DNA from: a virus
Lineage: Duplodnaviria > Heunggongvirae > Uroviricota > Caudoviricetes
Virus record (IMG/VR): IMGVR_UViG_2548876865_000014
Strand: one strand, 5' to 3'
DNA length: 4,833 nucleotides
This document shows, one piece after another, positions 1-4,833 of this stretch. The stretch's first letter is position 1, and each line of letters begins with the position of its first letter. Position numbers and translations under genes: made by a program. Below the pieces are notes generated by a model. It was given only the letters and a program-made list of their open reading frames with translations. It made no database searches and was not told the DNA's origin.

Positions 1-70
1 AGAGTACCACCCGCGGTGACTGCTCTGACTTAACCGACTCGTTCAGACTTTCTTCGCGAATATCCTGCAT
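1..70 (-). CDS. L: Minor tail protein L-like, N-terminal fragment (23 codons; gene continues beyond window start)
   Basis: Minus-strand ATG at 70..68 overlaps the M stop TGA (72..70) as TGATG. Hand translation of the reverse complement of 1..70 gives MQDIREESLNESVKSEQSPRVVL, closely matching the lambda gpL N-terminus as I recall it (MQDIRQETLNE...). Not in the ORF track because it is truncated by the window edge. Confidence 0.7.
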   Translation of the reverse strand, partial: MQDIREESLNESVKSEQSPRVVL

Positions 71-411
71 CAGTTCACCACCTGCTCAATCGTACAACTG
101 AAATCACTGTACCTGGCGTTATCTGTGACGCTCCACTCCCGGCACACCACCCTCACCGTCCGGTTATGTTTCGGCGGTCGCCACAAAAAGGCACGGTAAC
201 CACCATGCCAGGATAAAAATTCATCCAGCCAGCGCCGGGTTGGTTCATCCGTCACCCGGAACACCGCCTGAAACGTCTTCAGTCTGGCATTAAGTCCCGT
301 CGGTCGGCGCTGTTCATAACCGTCACCAAACCGAACCCTCACCACCGACGGTTTCTCACTCACCTGCATCCCTTCACGCGGGACCAGATGCAGCGTTTTT
401 ATCTCAGCCAC
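70..411 (-). CDS. M: Minor tail protein M (lambda gpM-like), 113 aa
   Basis: ORF track 70..411. The start is GTG at 411..409, preceded by GGAGGA (419..424) with 7-nt spacing. The protein has an RVRFGDGY motif and an ...EQVVN C-terminus like lambda gpM (by recall). Its start overlaps the tape measure stop, and its stop overlaps the L start. Confidence 0.85.
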   Translation of the reverse strand: MAEIKTLHLVPREGMQVSEKPSVVRVRFGDGYEQRRPTGLNARLKTFQAVFRVTDEPTRRWLDEFLSWHGGYRAFLWRPPKHNRTVRVVCREWSVTDNARYSDFSCTIEQVVN

Positions 412-3400
412 TCAGCATTCCTCCGTCACGTCGCATGGACAGCATCACCGCCTGCACCCGCTGGTCAATCAGCTGCACAAGACTGCCTGCCGCCTCCGCC
501 CCTATCTGTCCGTTAGCCCCGTCATTCTGAATGGCGATGTGGTAGACCGGGGAATACACCAGACCGGCACTGCCGTTCATACTGCCCACCGCGCGTACGC
601 CCAGCGAGCCATCCGCCGCCCGGGTCAGGGGCATAATGGCTTCAGGTCCGGCTTCCCCCATCAGCCCGGCCCCTTTTGCAAACGCAAAGTACGTGGGCGT
701 GTCCACAATGCTGTTGCTGTACGCACTCAGGTTTGCCGAGGTATACACGCCGCCTTTTGCATTGGCCACCGCACCGCCCAGCCAGTCACCAATGCTGCCA
801 ATAAATCCTCCCGCACCGGACATACCGTTTGCCGCCGTCTTAATTCCGTTGACAATCGCGGCATTCATAAGAACTTTTGAGATTTCCTGCAGTACGGATG
901 AGGCCCAGTTGCGCCATTCCACTTTGTTTCCGTTCAGCATCTCCGTGATGTTATTCACCATCCCTGAGATACCCTCCGTCGCAAGCTGTGCTGCCTGTGA
1001 AGCGTAATCGGATGCATTGTCCACCCAGTTACTGAGCCCCTCCTGCAAGCCTTTCTGCCAGTCCGCACGCTGCGCATCCGATTCGGCATAAAAGGCTGCC
1101 TGGTCCTTAAGGCGTTCGCTCAGATACTGCGCGTTCTGTGCCCGTGCCTGTCTGTAAAAATCCTCACTGATATCCCCGGTCTGATACTGAGACTGAAGGT
1201 CCGCATCCTTCTGGCGGAAGCTGTCGCGGATCTGCTGCAACTCCCGCATGCGTTCCCTGGCTCGTTCTCCCTGCCCGTATCCCAGCAGTTCGGCTTCATT
1301 TGATGCACGCGCAGCCACATTATCATTCTTCAGGGTCTCTTCCCGGGATCGCAACTGTTCCCGGATTTTTTGCTGGTCAATCAGGGCCGCGTTACGCAGC
1401 AGTTCCTGCTTCTGCATCTCCGTCAGGGTTTTCAGTTCGCCCTGCGCAGTCTGGTACTTCAGCTTCGCCAGCTCTGTATTCTGACCCGCCAGTGCCAGTT
1501 GCTCTTTCTGCTGCTTCAGTAGCCGGGAAAAACTGTCTTCCGCTTTTTCCGTCTCTGATTTTCCACCCCGGGATTTAGGTTTGTTCGCCTCGTTATTACG
1601 CCAGGCTTCCAGAGCATTACTGATATAACGCTGTCTCGCCTCCTGATACGAATCCCCCACAAAACCAAGGTCATCCGCCGCATACCCCAGCCGGGCACGC
1701 TCTTTTTCCTCCCCCTTCAGTCGGGACAGGGCCAGCTCACGTTCTGTTTTTGTCAGGGCGCTCTGCTGTTTATCATCCAGGGTGGCCTGCGGCAGCCGTA
1801 ACGGTACATTCACCAGTCCCTGACGCTGCTGAAGCAGTTCATTCCCCAGCCCCAGCAGACGGTTGAATTCCGTATGCTGACCGTTCATAACCAGCATGGA
1901 CTGGTACACCTTATTCTGCTCTGCCGCCTGCTGACGAATTAACGCCACACGACGGTCTTCCAGCCCGGCAAGCACATCCTGAATGGACTGCACTTTTTCC
2001 TGCATCTGTGCCAGACGGGACTGCTCAACGGCAAGCTGCTCTGTTGCCTGAGAAAGCCCTTCCGTCACGGTCTTCACCGATGTCAGATGGTTTATCATGA
2101 ATCCGTCACCGGTTGTCCAGCCAGGGTTAGCCAGAACATACTGATATCCAGCGATTTTTTCCTGCAGGGATTTCACCCGGCTGGCCTGTTCATCAATCAG
2201 CCGGTTCTGCTCTGCCAGCGCCGCCCGTGTTCGTCCTTCATTATCTGAGGCTTCAGGCAAAGACATTGACGGCGTTTTATGCGCGATTTCATCTATCGTC
2301 AGTGCATACTGGCGCGCTGACTCCCTGGCCTGCTCCTGATTCTGGTACAGCGTATACCATGCTGCTGCCCCCAGCATCACCAGTCCGGGTACGCCACCAA
2401 CCAGTCCCAACGCACCAGTCATCAGACGTGAGCCCACCGCCGTTGTACTGTTCAGCTCATTCTGGGCTGCGGTTCTGGCAGCAATATTTCTGTTCAGGCG
2501 TTCCTGTGTGGCCGCCAGACGGGCTTCTGCAGCAATCTGCATCTCCGTCCCGCGGGCTGCCGCCACAGCCTGCTGTGCACGGTACACTGCTGCCCTTGCC
2601 CGCGCCGTGGCAATCTGCGTCCCCCTGAGCTGTGCTTCCGCCAGTGCCACTTCATTACGTGCTGCCGTCACAAGTCCTGCCGTGGCAGACACCGCTCCGG
2701 AGGCCATATTGCCAAAGTACCGGGCAACCCCGACGGCAACCAGCGCCCCCGCGGCTGTTGCCACATTATCAATATTACCGGCAACACCGTTCAGCACGCC
2801 GGAGAGCGTTTTTGTCACCCCGCTGGCTTCATTCGCGCCACCCACCCAGGCCATAAAGGCGTTTTCCACCTTTGTGATCCCGTCAGAGACCGTTTCCGGC
2901 ATGGCGGCATATTCATCACGCAATACCCCCAGCTGGCTGATTAACGCAGGAACGACTTTATCCGCCGTCAGTTTGCCGTCGTCCGCCATCGCCTTAAGGT
3001 CTTTACGGGCCACGCCCATACCCGCAGCCAGTGCACGTACGATCCGGTCTCCGCTTTCATTGACCGAATTAAATTCCTCACCGCGTAACACACCCTGTGC
3101 CAGCGCCTGGCTGAACTGGGTGATCACCGAGCCCGCCTCTGCCGTACTGGCACCGGAGATTTTCAGCCCCGTGGAAATGGCCTCCGTCACCTTCAGCACA
3201 TCATCAGCACTGTAACCATATTCACGCATTGAGGCTGCCGAGCGGGCAAACAGGGCCGCATTATCTGAAAATGCCGTGCCCGTCCGCTGGCTGATATCCA
3301 TCAGCACTTTCTGTGATGACGAAAATTCATCGGATGACTGCGACGCCTGTTTCAGTCGGGCATTCACGGAACTCCATTCATCGGCCAGAGAAATCAGGTG

Positions 3401-3646
3401 TCCGGTGGCAAAGGCACCTGCAAATGCCCCCGCCGTTCCGGCAGCTGAAGCGCGGATTTCCGTCAACTGGCTGTTCAGCTCAGCCAGGGCGCGTCGCTGC
3501 TCCCGGGCGACTGCGGCAGCCTGACGCCCGCCATTCTGCAGGGTCCGGTAATATTCACTGCCCATGCGGGAAGCCCGCTGGATCTCCGACTGGAATGACT
3601 GCGAATTTGCCGAAATTTTGATAATCAGTTCACGTAACGTCGCCAT
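404..3646 (-). CDS. H: Tail tape measure protein (lambda gpH family), 1080 aa
   Basis: ORF track 404..3646. ATG at 3646..3644 is preceded by GGAG (3655..3658) with 8-nt spacing. The protein has a long Q/E/R/A-rich region of likely coiled-coil character (by inspection), Gly-rich hydrophobic segments (e.g. LMTGALGLVGGVPGLVMLGAAAWYTLY), and a C-terminal region (...FAFAKGAGLMGEAGPEAIMPLTR...IQNDGANGQIGAEAA...RRDGGMLSG) resembling the lambda H C-terminus (...NNDGTNGQIGP...MRDGGLFSG) by recall. It sits between the G/GT chaperone pair and M. Confidence 0.93.
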   Translation of the reverse strand: MATLRELIIKISANSQSFQSEIQRASRMGSEYYRTLQNGGRQAAAVAREQRRALAELNSQLTEIRASAAGTAGAFAGAFATGHLISLADEWSSVNARLKQASQSSDEFSSSQKVLMDISQRTGTAFSDNAALFARSAASMREYGYSADDVLKVTEAISTGLKISGASTAEAGSVITQFSQALAQGVLRGEEFNSVNESGDRIVRALAAGMGVARKDLKAMADDGKLTADKVVPALISQLGVLRDEYAAMPETVSDGITKVENAFMAWVGGANEASGVTKTLSGVLNGVAGNIDNVATAAGALVAVGVARYFGNMASGAVSATAGLVTAARNEVALAEAQLRGTQIATARARAAVYRAQQAVAAARGTEMQIAAEARLAATQERLNRNIAARTAAQNELNSTTAVGSRLMTGALGLVGGVPGLVMLGAAAWYTLYQNQEQARESARQYALTIDEIAHKTPSMSLPEASDNEGRTRAALAEQNRLIDEQASRVKSLQEKIAGYQYVLANPGWTTGDGFMINHLTSVKTVTEGLSQATEQLAVEQSRLAQMQEKVQSIQDVLAGLEDRRVALIRQQAAEQNKVYQSMLVMNGQHTEFNRLLGLGNELLQQRQGLVNVPLRLPQATLDDKQQSALTKTERELALSRLKGEEKERARLGYAADDLGFVGDSYQEARQRYISNALEAWRNNEANKPKSRGGKSETEKAEDSFSRLLKQQKEQLALAGQNTELAKLKYQTAQGELKTLTEMQKQELLRNAALIDQQKIREQLRSREETLKNDNVAARASNEAELLGYGQGERARERMRELQQIRDSFRQKDADLQSQYQTGDISEDFYRQARAQNAQYLSERLKDQAAFYAESDAQRADWQKGLQEGLSNWVDNASDYASQAAQLATEGISGMVNNITEMLNGNKVEWRNWASSVLQEISKVLMNAAIVNGIKTAANGMSGAGGFIGSIGDWLGGAVANAKGGVYTSANLSAYSNSIVDTPTYFAFAKGAGLMGEAGPEAIMPLTRAADGSLGVRAVGSMNGSAGLVYSPVYHIAIQNDGANGQIGAEAAGSLVQLIDQRVQAVMLSMRRDGGMLSG

Positions 3647-3664
3647 TCACCTTTCTCCGGGCGT

Positions 3665-3685
3665 AAAAAAACCGCCTCAGCGGTT
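3665..3685 (-). terminator. Short hairpin followed by a T-tract in the T-H intergenic spacer (possible weak terminator/attenuator)
   Basis: Minus strand reads AACCGC-TGAG-GCGGTT followed by TTTTT: a CCGC/GCGG core extendable to 6 bp, a 4-nt loop, then a U-run. It lies between the T stop (3694) and the tape measure RBS. The stem is short, so strength is doubtful. Confidence 0.25.
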
Positions 3686-3693
3686 CTCATCAT

Positions 3694-4373
3694 TCATGAC
3701 TGTGCTGCGAAGCTCAGCGCGTCTTCCAGCGCCGCAAACGGATCCACCTCCGGCTTATCCTCATCCTCGCCCCAGCAGAGCATGGCGTCCTTCAGTGCAA
3801 CATTCATCCCCTGTGCCCCAAAAACCGCTTTCACGATCTGTGCATTACGGATATCCCCGCGCTCATCACCCAGCGGGGATACCCTGTCGAACTCCATCCA
3901 CATCATCGCCTCGCTCACACTCAGGCTGTGCCGCAGTTCGGATAAGGTGCGCCCCAGACGGAGCGCAAGTCGCATCAGAAAGCGAATTTCCGGGCGGGCT
4001 ACTTTTTTCTGGCCGACTCTGCATCAGCGATCAGTTCCAGTGCCTGACGCAGCAACCGGGCATGTACCGGACCATAGACGGCCAGCACCTGCTCACGGTC
4101 GTCCGGAGCGAACACCCGCTGCAGATCCGTATCACACAGGACATCGCAGAACAGCGTCACATCCGCTTCCAGGTTACGGCGGGTTTTCGCCACCACCGAC
4201 AGGGTATCGTCATCCTCTCCATCACCATTGAGCACTTCCTGCCACAGATACCAGGCCTCTGCCGAAGGCTCCCGCAGCACCACGCTGACATTACCCCATT
4301 CCGGCACCTTCACCGTTTTATGACGAAACCCTGACAGTCTGGCCAGCGCCAGCGTTTTCAGATCCTTTTTCAT
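3694..4373 (-). CDS. Tail assembly chaperone fusion product (G-T type) made by programmed -1 ribosomal frameshift at 4002..4008; about 226 aa
   Basis: The T-like ORF (track 3694..3975) is in the -1 frame relative to the chaperone ORF. Hand translation in the -1 frame from the heptamer gives ...RKK-VARPEIRFL-MRLALRL... with no stop before the T ORF. The T portion has a W.EFDR..PLG.ER.D.R motif, which I recall as typical of phage tail assembly protein T. The position immediately upstream of the tape measure gene matches lambda G/GT. Confidence 0.72.
3999..4373 (-). CDS. Tail assembly chaperone (G-like, zero-frame product), 124 aa
   Basis: The track ORF 3999..4421 starts at an ATG that would overlap the upstream Ig-like ORF. 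The in-frame ATG at 4373 (MKKDLKTL...) is preceded by AAGGGGA about 9 nt upstream and lies 14 nt after the Ig-ORF TAA, so I take 4373 as the start. The protein is acidic (DGEDDD) and ends ...ARKK directly at the slippery heptamer and TAG stop. Confidence 0.78.
   Translation of the reverse strand: MKKDLKTLALARLSGFRHKTVKVPEWGNVSVVLREPSAEAWYLWQEVLNGDGEDDDTLSVVAKTRRNLEADVTLFCDVLCDTDLQRVFAPDDREQVLAVYGPVHARLLRQALELIADAESARKK
4002..4008 (-). other. Programmed -1 frameshift slippery heptamer A_AAA_AAG
   Basis: Minus strand reads AGA AAA AAG TAG in the chaperone frame. The heptamer A-AAA-AAG is in correct X_XXY_YYZ register, immediately 5' of the stop, and the downstream T-like ORF is open in the -1 frame (plus strand 4002..4008 = CTTTTTT). 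Confidence 0.7.
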
Positions 4374-4387
4374 GATGACCCATCCCC

Positions 4388-4762
4388 TTATCCGGCGGCT
4401 GCGCTCACTGTCACGGTGCATTCAACAGACGTCACACTCTGTGCTTTCTCTGCCGAATCGGTCACCACGCAGGTATATTTCCCCGCATCAGCGGACTGCG
4501 CACCTGGCTTACTGAAGGTGTCTGTCGTCTGCCCGTCAACCGGCTGACCATCCTTCTTCCAGGCGTATTTATACGGCGGCGTTCCCCCGTTGGCACTGAC
4601 TGACATTGTCAGCAGCGCACCTGTATTCACGGTAAGTGTTTTATCCAGATTTTTCACAAACGCCAGCGGTACCACAAAGGACACCGGTTTGCCTTTCATA
4701 CGCAGTGAAAACGTTGCTGCCACCACGCCGTTGGTACCGGATGACCAGGTGTGCTGACGCAC
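4388..4762 (-). CDS. Ig-like domain protein (major-tail-protein C-terminal-domain-like), 124 aa; start codon uncertain
   Basis: ORF track 4388..4762. The first in-frame start is GTG at 4762 with no convincing SD. The sequence ...PPYKYAWKKDGQPVDG...DAGKYTCVVTD...VECTVTV has the Y.W...G / D.G.Y.C pattern of Ig-like decoration domains found on phage structural proteins. The position just upstream of the chaperone gene corresponds to the major tail protein (gpV) slot. Confidence 0.65.
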   Translation of the reverse strand: MRQHTWSSGTNGVVAATFSLRMKGKPVSFVVPLAFVKNLDKTLTVNTGALLTMSVSANGGTPPYKYAWKKDGQPVDGQTTDTFSKPGAQSADAGKYTCVVTDSAEKAQSVTSVECTVTVSAAAG

Positions 4763-4833
4763 TTCCGCCAGGAACTTAGTAAGCGTGCAGCAAGAACCGT
4801 ATTGACGGGGATGTGTTATTCAGTCGGCAGTGC

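Noticed and set aside
1120-1698. Small minus-strand ORFs (68 aa at 1120..1326, 60 aa at 1516..1698) in alternative frames within the tape measure gene
   Set aside because: They lie entirely inside the tape measure coding region in another frame, with no SD and no recognisable motif. They are out-of-frame noise.
2508-3215. 235-aa plus-strand ORF (also 2227..2628, 2632..2856, 3276..3621, 539..1007, 1248..1578) inside the tape measure gene
   Set aside because: All are antisense to the uninterrupted 1080-aa tape measure frame and have Ala/Ser/Pro/Arg-rich translations with no recognisable domain. They are most likely frame artefacts, not embedded genes.
3694-3975. Independent translation of the 93-aa T-like ORF from its own ATG at 3975
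   Set aside because: The ORF is open in the -1 frame back to a canonical slippery heptamer at the chaperone stop, and the T segment in lambda-like phages is only made as a fusion. I saw no SD before 3975.
3564-4334. 256-aa plus-strand ORF spanning the chaperone/T genes
   Set aside because: It is antisense to two well-supported minus-strand genes and its translation is Pro/Arg/Ser-rich and low in complexity, as expected for the reverse strand of GC-rich coding DNA. No RBS was noticed.
4374-4421. Upstream ATG (4421) as the chaperone start, giving a 140-aa product
   Set aside because: It would overlap the last 11 codons of the Ig-like ORF and has no SD. The in-frame ATG at 4373 has AAGGGGA about 9 nt upstream and sits 14 nt after the Ig-ORF stop. 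Lambda gpG is also about 140 aa by recall, so this is not fully excluded.
1-4833. CRISPR arrays, tRNA/rRNA genes, insertion sequences, integrase/att sites, or defence/toxin cargo
   Set aside because: No direct repeats with spacers, no terminal inverted repeats and no non-structural ORFs were seen. Nearly every base is covered by tail genes on one strand, so I found no novel system in this window.

Overview
The whole window is one minus-strand operon segment from the tail-morphogenesis module of a lambda-like siphovirus or prophage. Reading 5'->3' on the minus strand (high to low coordinates), it contains: the 3' end of an upstream gene at the window edge; a small Ig-like-domain ORF (4388..4762); a tail assembly chaperone (3999..4373) whose stop is immediately preceded by an A_AAA_AAG slippery heptamer, with a T-like ORF in the -1 frame (giving a G/GT-type frameshift product, 3694..4373); a 47-nt spacer with a short hairpin and T-tract; a 1080-aa tape measure protein (404..3646); a lambda gpM-like minor tail protein (70..411); and the first 23 codons of a lambda gpL-like gene (1..70). 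Plus-strand ORFs in the track are antisense to these genes and look spurious. GC content is visibly higher than E. coli lambda; M, L and the tape measure C-terminus resemble lambda by recall, not by search. I find no non-structural cargo (defence, toxin or regulatory system); every base is accounted for by tail genes and their junctions. The points worth a second look are recoding and gene-boundary anomalies, not a new system.
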